Below the pieces are notes generated by a model. It did no database searches. It saw only the letters and a list, made by a program, of their open reading frames with translations, and was not told where the DNA came from. This document shows positions 26,144 through 41,123 of a stretch of DNA of 64,000 bases, piece by piece. Numbering within the stretch: the first letter of the stretch is position 1; every line of letters starts with the position of its first letter. This DNA is from Eledone cirrhosa (lineage: Eukaryota), in NCBI GenBank assembly GCA_964016885.1, contig OZ024757.1:27652001-27716000 (forward strand), given 5' to 3'. The translations under genes and the position numbers were made by a program.

Positions 26144-28385
26144 AACAGCAGTGAAACCTCCTACGAGATGTAACATCATAGGAGGACAGCTAAACATACA
26201 TAAGTGTGAGCAGTAAATATTTCATTTCAATAAGAAACAAACTGAGGCAATGTGGTAATGTTGATTATGAATTGAGAGGAAATGTCTTGTGGTGATACAC
26301 TCCTCAGGTAGTTTCCTCTCAGCTTTGTAAAAATAAATAGAGGGAATATAATAATCTTCATGTACAGTGGAACCTGGTTCATGTCAGTTTAACCTGTCAT
26401 GTCAGTTTAAAGGAACCATGATTTCAAACCCTATTTTCTTAATATTATATGAGACGTGTGTTAAAATAAAGCACCAGTAACGTACTGGGGTCGATTTAAT
26501 CGATTTTCCCCTGCTCCCCCAAATTACTGGCCTTGTGCCTATACTAGAAATCACTATATCAAATGTGTGTGTGTGTGTAATATTGTATCAGATGTGTGTG
26601 TGTGTTACCGCGGAACCAGCACTAGAGATTAGGGAGAAGCAAGGTCGTGTCAATTTGGTAGAACTCCGACATCAAAACCCTATCTTTTTCTGGGTATTGT
26701 TAAAAAAAACCCATTAAAGTTGTGTAATTATTATTTCCTCATTCTCATTTCACCATTTACTTATCTTTCTCTGTTTTGTTTCCCTCAATCTAGTTACACG
26801 TGTACAGTAGTGGGCGGTGTCGCCCAGATGATACCAATGGGTAAAAATACATCCGAAGTGAGTATTGACTTCTCTTTCTTTTCTTTTCTTTTCTTTTGCT
26901 TCTTTGCCTACTTATTCCTTCCTCAAACACTCCTTCCAGCAGCTCTTGTCAGAAGCAACCATCTCCAACTGATCCGGCTGGATTCCCAAGTGTAACCAGC
27001 CAAGCTCATGGATGTTATTCAGCCATCTTGCTGGGGGGGGGGGGGGGTCTCCTACCGTTTGGTTTTTGCATGCAAAATCTGTCCTGAGACATTCTAACCA
27101 CATGCCCATAGTATCGGAGCTGTGATCTCTCAATTCGGAGGAGTAGCAGCTCTACCTGGAGTAACTCTCTGATTTGCAGGCTACAAATCTGTCCAGCAAT
27201 TCTTTCATGGCGATAGTATCAGAGCTATGATCTCTCAATGGTGTTATTTAACTCGACAGAAGATGATCTCTGCCTTGCACTTGATAGGTTTGATGCTGAG
27301 AGCTGCATGTATTTTTATTATTAGAATGTTGTTATTAGAGTCATTAAAATGTTGGCTAGAATTCTTTGTCGTATTCTTTCCAGTTTGCTGCACTCGCTAA
27401 ATTCAAATCCTACTGAGGTCAACTTTGCCTTTTATCCTTTTGAGGTCAATAAAAAAAAGTACCTGACCAGTACTGGGGTCAATTCTTCCTCTATATCTCT
27501 TTTCTCACATCCTTTCTATCACTCTCTCTTCTCTGGAAGAAATTGACTTTGTTCAAACGTTGAGAGGATATGGGCTCCACCAGGTATGTCACTATAGAAC
27601 ACCATCCAACACATGTCAGCAAATAGACATTATATATGTGTGTGTGTGTACTGTAACTTTCTTTCATTTCAAAATCAGCTTGTCCACCTCAGTTACATGT
27701 CATTTTAATGATATTTTTTTCAAAAACACTTTTTTACTATCTTCAATCTGAGCTCAACTCCCACCGAAGTCAGTTTTGCCTTTCATCCTTTCAAGGTCGA
27801 TAAAAAGAAAATACCTATCTAGTACTAGGGCAGATTCTTCCTCTATATCTCTTTCTCACTCTCTTTCACACTCTCTCTATTCTTCTCTGGAAGAAATCTG
27901 GAGAGGAGTTGGGTGCCGCCAGGTTAAAAAAATGCCCAAGAAACACTGTATGTCATTAAGGCGCACCTACGACTTTCTCGGGAGTTGCAGGACCATACAT
28001 ACATACATATATACATACATACATATATATATATAGTGTTAGGAGACTATGGTGATATCTGATAGACAAAGGTCCATTCTGTTCTACACAAAGTGGTAAT
28101 CGAACCCAGAACAGTCTTCTTAAAGGCACAGTCATGTCCATAAAATAGAAGTAGCAATAAGTCAACCACTAATTCATTATTTGAAGTGGGGCGTAGTATA
28201 GGTTAGTGTTTAGTGGTGTTACAGGCCGGATATATTTCTCAACCTACCATTACATGTCAATGTGACAGATCTAGTGTCAGTTGTTTAGTGGTGAGTCTTA
28301 TTAAACTGACTGTAGATGGATGGCCTCAGCTAGTTTTATACTTGAATGTAAAGAGGCTGATTATTCTTCTATGTATGTACGGACT

Positions 28386-28465
<80 letters not shown>

Positions 28466-30167
28466 GAAAGAGAGTGTATAGAGTGCATATATATATATAT
28501 ATATCCTCTCTTTCTTTATCTTTCTCTCTAACTCTTATGTAATTGACAGATATAAGAGGCAGGGAGGGAGCTGTGAAAGGGGTAGGAAATGTGTGGAGAA
28601 TTATGAGTAAACATTTGCAATGGTAGTGGTCTGGCTGTAGTGGTTGTGGTCTGGCTGTAGTGGTTGTGGTGGTAGAGCCTTGGTTGTGGTGGTAGGGGCC
28701 TAGCTGTGGTGGTAGTGGCCTGGCTGTGACTGGCTGGCATTACACATTATGTACTTGACCAGTTTCACACTAAGTAAGATCACTCATTCACTGACTCAAG
28801 TTTCATCTCTTCTGCCAATGTGGTTTGAAGATGTCTTTGCAAATATAGTGTCATCTTCACTATCACTATCACCAACAATGCCACGTTGAACTTCCAACAT
28901 CACCATCATTGCTATGAACCTCCACCATTGCCACTACCATCACCACCACCACCACCACCACCACCACCACCACTACACCCATCATCATCACAATCATTAC
29001 TAACATCACCAACTACCACTATCATCACCACCGCTACCATTACAGCCATTATCATCACAACCATTACTAACTCCACCAACAACCACTATCACTTCTACTA
29101 CCACCCTTATCACCATCACCACCAACAACAATCTCCACTACCACCACCATCATCATCATCACAACTATTACTAACACTACCAACTACCACTATCATCTAC
29201 ACTACCACCACCACCATCACCACCAACAACAACAATCTCCACTTTAAATTAAAATCTTCCAACATAATTTTATATAAGAACCTTACACTAAGTTACTATC
29301 TTAGTAATAAAATAATTAATAATTTTAATAAATCCTTCAAAATTCTTCATTAATTAATTAAAATAGAGTGTATTTTATTAGAAATGCAGTCATCAAAGGG
29401 TCATGAAAGTGCTCAAGACATACCATATATTATGATTGTGCCCTTATGATTTACAGGTCCATACATACAAAACATTACATTAGTAATCAGGGCCAGTGCT
29501 AAATTAAGGCTAACTTAGCGATTACCTAGGGCGCAGATTTCACAGATGAAGACCAAGGAAAAGCTATTTTATATAAGAACCTTACATTAAGTTACTTAGT
29601 AATGAAATAATTAATCATTTTAGTAAATCCTTCAAAATTCTTCATTAATTAATTAAAATAGAATGTATTTCATTAGAAATAGGGTCACAAAGGGGATAAA
29701 AGCCTGAGAGATCAGCTATGTATATTCTTTCTGTTCCTACTAGCAAATTAAATTACAAGGCATTGGTTAACAAAAGAAACGCTAATAAGAATAAGAGAAT
29801 CTGCTAATAATTGTTTCTACTTTTGGCACCAGGCCAGCAATTATCCCAGTGCATTACTGGTACTTTATTTTATCGACACCGTAAGGATGAAAGGCAAAGT
29901 TAACCTCAGCCGGATTTGAACTCAGAGATCATAAAGGGAGGTAACTCTATGCTTCAAAGCATGGCGCCCGACCCTCTACCAATACTGCCTGCTAATAATG
30001 GTCAGCTACAACGGTGTGAGTGTGTATCTGTGAAACATATACATATAGACCGGGTCTGAACCCCAAACCCAAGGTTATAGTGAAATACACTTGCTAAGGT
30101 GCCTTGTAATAGGTCTGAACACAGAACCACATGACTGTCAAACGAACTCCTTAACAACACAGCTATC

Positions 30168-30512
30168 ATTTCATCATTTCATTCATTTCATTTTACGTCC
30201 GCTTTTTCCCTGCTTGCAAGGGTGGGACGGGAACTGACTCTGGCTTGATTTCTACAGCTGGATGCCCTTCCTAACACCAACCTCATTTACAGTGAGTGCT
30301 GGGTGCTTTTTTGCCATGGCACCTACACGACCACTTTGCAGTGGAATGATAGGGACCCCAGTCCCTATAATCTCATTTCTACAGCTGAGTAAACTGGAAC
30401 AATGTGAAATAAAGTGTCTTGCTCAAGAAAACAACACATCACCCGGCCTGAGAATTGAACTCACAACCTTTCGATTGCAAGGCCAATGCTCTAACCACTA
30501 AGCCATGTGCCT
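30168..30512 (-). mobile_element. SINE family B
   Basis: Reverse complement of the 10709 copy. Confidence 0.85.
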
Positions 30513-31282
30513 GTGCCTATATATAGTTTTGGAAAGATCAGCCACCATGACACACCACTACACCACCAGTAACACCACCGCTACCACCACCCAGTCACAT
30601 GTGACCACTGCAATCTCTGTTGATTACTTTGTTTACTGTCCAGATGGGATTAGTGGTTGGATAATCCTGATCTTATAGTTTGCAGTTAGTAGTAGTAGTG
30701 ATGGTGGTAGTAGTAGTAATTGTGGTGTTGCTAGTGGTATCCTTATTGTGTGACCACAGGAAGTCCTGGCAGGTGTGTCATGGTGAGGGTAAGGGTACTG
30801 CGTAATGGCAAGGGAGACTCACACACTAACACACACACACGCACAATAAGGCTGCCCCCCCCCCCACACACACACACACTTCTCAACATGGGATAGCCAG
30901 CAGCAAAAAATAGCAGCTATATGCATGAGAAGAGGTGGGGTGGGGTACAAGCACCACTGCCTTAACTATATCACATCACCATACATATATTTATGCATAT
31001 ACACACAGGTACACACACACACACATATATATATATGCATACACACACACACACGCATATATATATGCATACACATGCACACACACTTAAATATGCATAT
31101 ACACACATGCATATGTACACACATGTGCATATACATACACACACACATACATGCATATACGTGCTCACACACATGTATATATACATACATACATGCACAC
31201 ACATATATATCTACTGTAGTGGATTAATGTGAGGAATGACTAGGGTGTAGCCAGGGGCCCTACAATATTTAAAGGGAGTCAA

Positions 31283-32342
31283 ATTAACCCTTTCATTACC
31301 GGATAGTTAATGAAAACATTTTGAGGGATTTACTAAAATTACAAATTATTTCGCTACATATGGTTTTTATATAAAATTCACCACAATCATCACCATCACC
31401 ACCACGTCCATTTTTCCATGCTTGCATAGGTTAGAACAGTGGTTCCCAAAGTGGGTTCTGTGAAAAAAGTAGAGGAGTATATTTATATTACGACCATATA
31501 ACAGTTTTAGACTTTGGGGTTCCCCCAAAAGTTTCTGAACTAAAAAGGGTTCTGCATTCGAAAAAGTTTGTGAAACCCTGGCTTAGAAGGTTTTTTTTCA
31601 GCACATCTGCTCATTGCCATTGTTCCATTGACATCTCTTCTATGAGGTTCAGTCATTTGAGATCAGCTCTCACCAACTCTGCCCAGGTTTTCTTTGGTCA
31701 GTCTCTACTACAGCTTCCTTCCACTGGGAGTTCTTAGCACTTCTTCACCTAACAATCGTCCTCCATGTTGATCACACAGCCATACCAGGGCAGACTTCTC
31801 TTTTGCATGCTACATTTCATTACGCTTTATACTCACTCTTTCTTAGCTCATCCATGCTTCACCATTCATGCACATTACGTTACTCTATTATATACTATTA
31901 TATTACTCTATATATACCATTATATTTTCATGGTAAAGGTTTTACCTCACATAATTATCTCAGATGATATCGAATCTACGAGATTTCGATATTTATTTTA
32001 TGAACAATACCTTAACGTCACAGATGGTTTGAACAGAAAGAGGTGAGAGTATTCTGGCCAGATATGGCCGGTTTAGATACTAAAGGGTTAACATCACATG
32101 TCAATATATTGGAACATGCTCGCTTCATTTCTTTCCTGTTTTCACATATCCTCTACATTTACTGCCCATGTTTCACTTTCATGCAACACTGGACTTCATA
32201 CATGAGCATCATACAGCAGGTTTTTCATTTGTTTAGCGAAACTGTTGGAAAATTTTAATTGAAATAGGAACCCTTTAAAAATGGATGGTTTTGTCTCATA
32301 GAACCAGATCCAATTTCAGGCGGTTTAGTAATGAAAGGGTTA
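31283..32342. mobile_element. TTAA-type MITE family 2 interrupted by later insertions (hAT MITE, LINE-end fragment, partial family-1 MITE)
   Basis: TTAACCCTTTCATTAC at 31283 and GTAATGAAAGGGTTA at ~32328-32342. Confidence 0.55.
31437..31580. mobile_element. hAT (Charlie-like) MITE
   Basis: CAGTGGTTCCCAAA...TTTGTGAAACCCTG termini. 8-bp TSD ggttagaa/gcttagaa. Confidence 0.7.
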
Positions 32343-33050
32343 TTTTTTTTGCTACCACAAATAATACACAAGTAAGAGATATGCCAGTGACTTCCACCAG
32401 CTGTCAAAATTTCATTTATGTTGACTTGGTTTTCATTAAAATCAACAACAATATTGTCCTCTTCCATCCTCTCCCATCCACCCCCATCTCCCAAAACTTG
32501 CCCCACCCTCTTTACATACACACACATGCTTTTGTTTATAATTCTTCTCATGTTTAACACAACACCCTGCCACTGTTTCATGTTGAAATCATTGCCACTA
32601 TCATCATAATCACCATCATCATCATCATCATTATTATCTTTCGTCATCATCATCATCATTATTGTCATCATTGTCAACCTTTAGCTAAACCTAGAATTTA
32701 GTTATGTGTAAAATGATATCTGAAACGGTGATAATTTAAATACCAACTGTTTTTGCCTTTTACATACATATATATATATATTTATATATTTATATATATG
32801 CGTGTGTGTGTATTTTAATTAAGTTTTACATTCATGTGTCTATATTATATATATATATGTGTATGTATGTAAATAATGACATTGAAGTTTATGCCTTTTG
32901 CATTGCCTTTTGATATTGTATTTTGTAATTTTCTTCTTTGGTTAATTTCTCTTATTTCTTTCATGGCTTGGGTATTTTTTGGTTCTTTATGTTGTGTTAT
33001 ATGAACTAGACTTCCCAATGCACAGCATCACATTATCTGGATTTCTGGGT

Positions 33051-33272
33051 TTAACCCTTGAGCATCTACATTACTCTATATATACTATTGTATTTTTGTG
33101 GTAATTATCACATAATTATCTCACATAATATCAAATCTATGAGATTTTGATATTATTTATTTTGAGAACAATATCTTAACATCAGTATGAGTGGTCAGTT
33201 ACAGCTGGATTGAACAAAAAGAGGTGAGAGAATTCTGGCTGGATATGGCTGGTTTAAATGCTAAAGGGTTAA
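33051..33272. mobile_element. piggyBac-type MITE family 1
   Basis: TTAA TSD and TIRs. Confidence 0.85.
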
Positions 33273-33668
33273 AGCTGGGTGACAACAGAAGGTGGAGCTT
33301 GGTCTATTACATAATAGAGTCATTGTCACTGCAGATAATAATAGCTTTATTATATAGAAACTATGTAATATGACAGCTGTAGCTTGATAACGTCTGTCTT
33401 TCCAATTTTCTGGCCGTTGTGGTCTGGTTCAGTATGCTGAGTTTAGAGGATGCATTGTGGTTTGGCTAAAAGCGCATCTGGCTGTAAAACATTGCTTCAA
33501 AAATGGATCCCATGATTAATATGGAGCCCACAAGCTAACCCCTGCTCTAGCAGGGAAAATGTGCTTAAAATGCTTGCTGTTGTGTGTGTGAGTGTATATA
33601 TAGGAATGAATGCTGTGTAAATTCTCAATGATCCCAAAATTCTAACTAGACTTTCTGTTTCTCTTTAG

Positions 33669-33711
33669 TCTCAGGTTGTGAGGCGCCGTGCCAAGACATC
33701 AAAACGTGTTG
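33669..33711 (+). CDS. CNK: CNK/IPCEF1-like exon preceding the PH domain (SQVVRRRAKTSKRV+G)
   Basis: TTTCTCTTTAG acceptor (a second in-frame CAG would start the exon at 33675) and G|GTAAGT donor. Its phase-1 end joins exon 36315 to give [11 protein letters not shown]. Confidence 0.8.
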
Positions 33712-33770
33712 GTAAGTATTCTTTTGATATTTTTGTGGCAATATTTTTAATGAAATACACTCTGATTTAA

Positions 33771-33984
33771 TTAACCCTTTAGCATTTACATTACTCTATA
33801 TATACTATTATATTTTTGCAGTAAAGGCTTTACCTCACATATCGAATCTATGAGATTTTGATATTATTTATTTTGAGAACAATACCTTAACATCAGTATG
33901 AGTGGCCAGTTACAGCCAGTTTGAACAGAAAGAGATGAGAGAATTCTGGCCGGGATACAGCCGGTTTAAATGCTAAAAGATTAA
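33771..33984. mobile_element. piggyBac-type MITE family 1
   Basis: TTAA TSD and TIRs, inside a family-2 MITE ending at ~34151. Confidence 0.85.
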
Positions 33985-35171
33985 TTAATGAAGAATTATG
34001 AGGGATTTACTAAAATTATTAACTATTTCATTACCAAGATAGTTACTTGACACTAGGTTCTTATATAAATTATATTGGAAGATTTTAATTTAAATAGGAA
34101 CCCATAAAAAACCAGGGCCAGTTTTGGCTGGTTTTGGTATAAAAGGGTTAAATTATCCTTCACCAAACTCCAAGCAATACCCATTCATGAAATACAAATA
34201 TTCACCATTAGACCATTCCACCCTGCTGGTTCCACATATCCTTAAGATTGTTGTTGCTTTTGTTGTTGTTGTTTAACCCTGGGTCAATCCTGATCAAGCT
34301 GTCCTATGGCCAAAAACAATAGTGATGATCATCCCAATTCTTTTGTGTTTTATCTGAAGTGGCCTTCCCCTGTTTAAGACAGTGGAGTGTTATTTGAGGG
34401 ATATTTGGCTGCTATTTCTAGCAACTGAAGTGACAACATATAACCTCCTCGCACCACCTTCGTTGACTCACTAAGACTGCCTTATAATTCTACATTGTCT
34501 TAATCTGACACATACACACACAAATTTTCTCCCCACACCACGTCTCACATACCGTTCATGTGCACACATACATAGACTTGCATGCAGCACATACACATAC
34601 AGCACACATGCATACCTAAAGTATACTTGCATGCAGCAAACACACACACAATACATAGACATACACACATTCACGCACAGACACACACACACACACAACA
34701 CATACACATAACATTTACACATGCAACACATACGCAGAATATATAGATATACACACATTCACACATAACATTTACACAAACACACACTTCATGCAACAAT
34801 ATATTAACCACCACTACCACCATCACCACCGCCACCACTAACACCACCACCACCACCACCATCACCACCACAACAACAGCACAATGTACTGCAACAACAT
34901 TTTTTTCTATTAAGTGCACTGTATGGTGCATGCTGCATCATTTACTGCAAATGTGAAACTATTTGTTGCATCTCTGTTCTCTTCCTTTTCTCATCAAATG
35001 CTATCTCACAGCTGCATATTTTACACGTTTTGCCGTACATGTTGCACCTATCCATGCATGTATTATTATTTTGGTGTCTCGCTGCACTGTTAATAGTGCA
35101 GATGGGTATTAACTATTAATAGGCACTAACCCCCCCAGCTCCGTGCCACCTCACCTGGTCATTCATAGTCA

Positions 35172-35780
35172 GTTGCCATGGTAACTTGCTGTTTAAATCT
35201 GGTTGTCATTGCAATCTGCTAATTATAGCTGTTAGTCAGAGCAACCTGACATGTTGCCAGAGAAAATTGCCATCATAGGCTGGCTTTTAAAGCAACCAAT
35301 TACAAATAAAGCTAGAGCAACCTGACATGTTTAGCTGAATGCCAGAGCAACCTGACATGTTGCCAGAGAAAATTGCCATGATAGGCTGGCTTTGAAAACA
35401 ACCAATTACAAATAAAGCTAGAGCAACCTGACATGTATAGCTGATTGCCAGAGCAACCTGATATATGTAGCTAATTGCCAGGACAACCTGCCACGTGCAG
35501 CTGATTGCTAGGACAACCTGCCACATATAGCTGGTTGTCAGATCAACGTGCCATGTGTAGCTGATTGACAGTACAACTGTCTATGTATAGCTGATTGACA
35601 GGGCAACCTTCTATGTTTAGTTGATTGCCAAGGCAAACTGAAATATGTAGCTGATTGCCAGAAGAACATGCTATGTATATACCTGCTTAACAGGGCAACC
35701 GTCTATGTATAGCAGATTGATAGGGCAACCTGCAATGTTTAGCTAATTGCCAAAGCAACATACCATGTGTAGCTAATTCT
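35172..35780. repeat. 30-bp minisatellite containing X-box-like palindromes
   Basis: Unit agctgattgccagagcaacctgacatgtat, roughly 15 degenerate copies. Confidence 0.8.
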
Positions 35781-36250
35781 GATAAATCATGCAGAACCAT
35801 TTTGCTGGTTTGAGACCTGATGAGAGTTAAGATGTGTGTGTATTGTCTTCTACATCACCTTTCTATATTTCCACCTTCCAGTCACTCCTATGCACCAACA
35901 CACTCCTCCTTGTCCTCCGCCCCTTTCAATCTTTTCTATATTTCATCTGCTTGTCACCCACATTGTCGATTGTCTGTCTGTTGACCACTGGCCGCTGGTC
36001 TCTGTCCTGTGAAGCATTCTTGCTAATCGGTGTCCTTGACAGCATTTAGTTATTTTAATGGCTGTTCTAGCGATGAGTTTTTCTCATTTTTATATGTATT
36101 CAAATACACTCTTACTTCGTCTCGATCAGAGATAACATTATTTTTACATTTAACCTGCAATATAAAACTGATTGCTATGGTCATGTACCAAGTGTTGATG
36201 TCTGCCAGTCTGATATTGTTTAGGTGTTGTGTACTATGTTGGTAACATAA

Positions 36251-36478
<228 letters not shown>

Positions 36479-37055
36479 TAATCAAAAAATGTCTTACTAC
36501 TTAACTCTTTTGTTACTATATATCAAACAAAAAACTGTCTGTGATTTTTAGACTATCTTTGAAAATAAATTTTAAAAAATCAGAAGGATTTAATCAAATA
36601 ACTAACTTTCTCATTATGTTCTCAACTGTTTATAAAATAATTATACAAGGGTTCTTACATAAAATTGTGATTGAGGGCTTTTAGGTAGATATAAATACTA
36701 TAACCCTTTTGTTACAACTTAAAAAAAGTTCTTGCATAAAACTATGATGTAATGTTTTTTTAGATGAATATAAACACTTTAACTCTTCCATTACCATATT
36801 TCTAATGAAAGACTATTAGTGATTTTCAAATGTTTTTTTTTTTAAATAATCAAAATCTTGAAGGGATTTAGTAATTTAACTAATTTTCTCATAATTAAGC
36901 TCTTGTTTACAGAATAATTTTACAATAATTGTGATGGGGGCTTTTAGATTAACACAAATACTTTAAACCTTTTGTTATCATATTTCTAATATCATTATTT
37001 ATGTTTTATGAGGCTGTTTACTTGTAAACAAAGTGAATATTGATAATACATTATT

Positions 37056-37117
<62 letters not shown>

Positions 37118-37149
37118 CCGTTACTAACAGGTGACATTGTCTGTTGTAG

Positions 37150-37226
37150 GATTTAAAAGCTGAAGGTGTGATCCATCTACCTGCATTTAAAGTCTCACCT
37201 GCTCCTGAGATGAAATCAAAGAAATT
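37150..37226 (+). CDS. CNK: PH domain exon (DLKAEGVIHLPAFKVSPAPEMKSKK+TT)
   Basis: TGTAG acceptor, TT|GTAAGT donor. Phase 0 in, phase 2 out. KAEGxIxLPxF matches the CNK PH domain. Confidence 0.92.
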
Positions 37227-37684
37227 GTAAGTTGAGTCTTTAATTAAAGGTATCTTTGTGTACAAAGGTTTTTTGTGTATTGAGAGGGTTGGGAGCCTTA
37301 TTGTGTGTGTGTGTATGTGTGAGAGTGTGAATATATCTGCATTTATAAGTGTATATGTCTGTGAGTGTATATGAGTGTTTATGTGTGTGTGTATGCACAT
37401 GAGTGTGTGTGTGTGTGTACAGTTCCTCCAACAGGAATTTTATGAGGCAGAACAACTATTTTCAGGCTCAAGATGAGAACACTTCTCTTTAAAATTTAAG
37501 GGGACTGAGAGGTTTTTTTTATTCTTTAAGGGGCTGTGTAAGATATTTCTTGGTCCCATAATTGCTCTCTGAGACCCTAGACCCTTGTATTGGCTGAAGC
37601 CACCTCTGTGGGTCTTCTGTGTGTGTGTGTGTGTGTGTGTGCCTAAGCTCCTTATACTGTATATATTAACCCACCTCTCTCTCT

Positions 37685-37832
37685 CTCTCTTCCAGCCCCT
37701 TTCCCCTCTCTCCTCTCTCTTCCAGCCCCTTTCCCCTCTCTCCTCTCTCTTCCAGCCCCTTTCCCCTCTCTCCTCTCTCTTCCAGCCCCTTTCATCTCTC
37801 TCCTCTCTCTTCCAGCCCCTTTCATCTCTCTC
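37685..37832. repeat. 30-bp polypyrimidine minisatellite, 5 copies
   Basis: Unit ctctcttccagcccctttcccctctctcct. Confidence 0.9.
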
Positions 37833-38889
37833 TCTCCCCACGCCTCCTTTTCTCTCTTGCCATCATCTCTTTTTCCTCTTTCCTGTCTCCACCGTTCTTC
37901 CTTGCCCCTCTGTCCCTTGTCTCTCCTGCCCTCTCTCTCGCTGTACTCTCTCTCTCTACCTTCTCCCCCTTCTCTCTCTTCTATCCACACTCTCCCCCTC
38001 TCTCTCTCTCTTTCTCTTAGCCTCTCTTTCTATTGCTCATTTCTCATTCCTTTCACTATTTGGCTTTCCCCACTGCCCCACTCACCACTTGCTCCAGTTG
38101 TTGTGAAACAAAAGATATTTTCATCCCACAATCTTCCCTCCCTATTCCTCAACCCCTACACACATAGTCCCACCCCACCCACCCTCACTCCGCTGTCTAG
38201 GAAGTCCCCCCTTTTCTCCCTCACTTTAACACAACATCGAGTGAACACACTCACACACAGACGCATACACACATATACACAGTCACAAACACACACACAG
38301 ATGCATACACACTGTCATAAACACAGACACACAAAAACATATGCACTTACCCCACCCCACACCACACCCAACCCACTGTCTGGGAAGTGCCACCTTCACC
38401 ACACACACACGCGCACACACACACACACACAGTAATTACAATTACTGTTGTATATTTAGTCTCCTGTCGGTGTGACCACATGCTATGTAAATCACATGTG
38501 TCTGATGCACAGTGTAACCATTCAGTAACATATTGTCATACATACACACATGCATACCTACCTACCCACCCTCACACGTAGTGCTGTTGCTCATCATGTG
38601 AGTATATAAATATAGATATATACACACACACACACACACACACACGCACATATGTGTGTTTTTGTGTGTGATCATACACACACACGCACATATGTGTGTG
38701 TGTGTGTGTGTGATCAGTAAAAGTTGTTTTGGTAAAAAGCAAGCAGGGGAAAGCTCTCTACATTCGTAGTGTGTTGATTCTTATTCATATATATATATAT
38801 ATATATATGAATAAGAATCCAAACACTATATATATAGCAAAAGAATGAAGAATAACATGGTCTGCTGTACAATAGGGTTTATTTACAGT

Positions 38890-38994
38890 ATTGACAATTG
38901 TTTCTTTAGTCTGGTGTGTCTAAAAGTCACTGATCACTAAAAGCTACGTCACTCAACCTTAATTATAGTCGATACTCGACCAAATCATCATAAC
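38890..38994 (-). ncRNA. Degenerate hammerhead motif with long stem II insert
   Basis: Minus strand: gtt ATGATGA tttggtc...gactaaa GAAA C-AATT-G TC aat. The first core C is replaced by A. Confidence 0.5.
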
Positions 38995-39722
38995 CTCTAG
39001 CTGGATTGCCTTAAATGATACCTTGTTATCCTATATATATATATATATATATATATATGATAATAAGGACGCTGCGGAGTTGCAAATGGGTTACATATGA
39101 AAAAAGTTTGTCCTTCATCAGTGGTCTTCCAACCATCATAGGCATTTCATCGCTTTAAAGACCATATACCTCCGGTTGGTGCGAGCAAGCAACGGCTAAA
39201 AAAAGTCGTTGGGACACGTAAATAAAGGGGACGCGAGGGTAAACAAACAAAATGGTGAAGCAACAGATATATATATACCTACCTGCATCGGTTGTTAGCT
39301 GTCGAGACACTGAATCCTTTAAGGCCTCCATGCTTCCCGAGATTCGCCAACACTACACCTGATGTATCCCCTCCATACACATACACACATGTATATCATG
39401 ACTCATACACTGTTCACTTCCCTGTCATCTGTGCATTATTCTATGTACTATACATGCACCTTTGACGAGTTGTAGTGCACCTGAGCACTTTACACAATAA
39501 TTTCATTATATTATATATATATATATATATATATACGTTTATATATGTTTAATAATGGGTAGAATTGGTAATACCAGTTATCCAGTTAGTAAGCAATGGT
39601 GTAATAAATTAAAGCACTAGATGTGCCATCCTGTGGCTGGTCCAGGAACGGAGTTAAATGTTCATAAAAATATAACAGAAGACCAGACTGGAAACTTTCT
39701 TTAAAATTTTAATTCTGTGAAA

Positions 39723-39796
39723 ACACTATACGTATTTCCACAGCCCAGTTTCATCATCTGTTCTTGATGCAAGACTTAGGCAATTTCATCAGGTGT
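39723..39796 (-). ncRNA. Minimal hammerhead motif
   Basis: Minus strand: acac CTGATGA [imperfect stem II] GAAA T-ACGT-A TA gtgt. Confidence 0.7.
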
Positions 39797-39874
39797 GGTG
39801 TTGATTGCTGAATTACTTATATAAGATAACAGCATTATTCTGAAACTTTCCAGTCTGGCTTTCTGTTGTTTTTA

Positions 39875-39929
<55 letters not shown>

Positions 39930-40118
39930 GGTACCCAAAAAAATGTATACACATTTTGATTACCTCTACAGGCAAATGTGTATATATTTTGGAAGGACAT
40001 CCTGTATATATACATATATATATATATCACTCCTTCTTACTCATTCATTTTATCTATTTCTGTCTCTGTTTTGCTAAAAAGAAGGTAAAGAGCACTCAAT
40101 ATATGTAGTGGAGTGTTT

Positions 40119-40178
<60 letters not shown>

Positions 40179-40509
40179 CATATATATATATATATAAACA
40201 CTTTGATGATAGTCACTATTGCTATTGGAGTTATGAATAAAGCATAAAGATAGATGTATGTACATATATGTATACATGTATATATATATATACATATATA
40301 TTTATATTTATATATACATGTGCAATATTGTCACAATTTCATTGGATTTATCTATTGTTATTTTGTATTTTTCTCTTTTCTTTACTTTTTAAAACTTTTT
40401 TTGCACTCATTTAGTGAACATGGGTGAGTATGAGCACTATCACGTGTATACATGGTGTGTGTGTATATATATATTTGAATGGCAATGTCATATGTCTCTA
40501 TTATATATT

Positions 40510-40584
<75 letters not shown>

Positions 40585-40590
<6 letters not shown>

Positions 40591-40770
40591 GTGGTTACAC
40601 AACAGTTAGTTCACCATACTGAGAGCAATTGTTTCACCTTGAAGATCCGCTAAGGTGAAACAATTGTTCTCAGTATGGTGAACTAAATGTTGTATAACCA
40701 CTTCTATCTAACTCATCCCTTGGACTGAGTGCTCTACCACTACGGATAATACCTTCCAGTGTTCCACCAC
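40585..40770. mobile_element. Fold-back remnant, same family as 15932-16193 and 5925-6053
   Basis: Arms 40585-40640/40652-40707. The junction lies in the ribozyme core (TTGAAGATCCGCTAAGGTGAAACAATTGTTCTC). Confidence 0.7.
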
Positions 40771-40788
40771 TATATATATATATATATA

Positions 40789-41078
40789 TATGTAATAAAC
40801 AACATAAGATGAATATTTCATTTACCAGTGGTTTCTTGAAAGCAAATAGATCTGCTTTCAGTCGTCAGAATGAAAAAATCCTGGTTTTTTTTTTTTTTCA
40901 TTCTCGACTGAAAAAATCCAGGATTTTTTGTTTTCATTCTGACAACTGAAAGCAGATTTATTTGCTTACAAGAAACCACTGGTAAATGAAATAATCATCT
41001 TATGTTGTTTATTACATAAATATGCTGTGTAACCTACATAGAGCACTCTTTTTTCCTGGACTTTTCCGACGGAATTGC

Positions 41079-41082
<4 letters not shown>
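40789..41082. mobile_element. Fold-back Penelope-like remnant (~95-bp arms plus tail)
   Basis: Inverted repeat ~40789-40884/40915-41018 with GAAA gcagat-tt-atttgc TT. The tail motif acatagagcactc is shared with ~13840. Confidence 0.6.

Positions 41083-41123
<41 letters not shown>

Noticed and set aside
35172-35780. Regularly spaced 30-bp repeats as a possible CRISPR array
   Set aside because: The units are contiguous degenerate tandem copies with no unique spacers. The context is eukaryotic and no cas genes are present.
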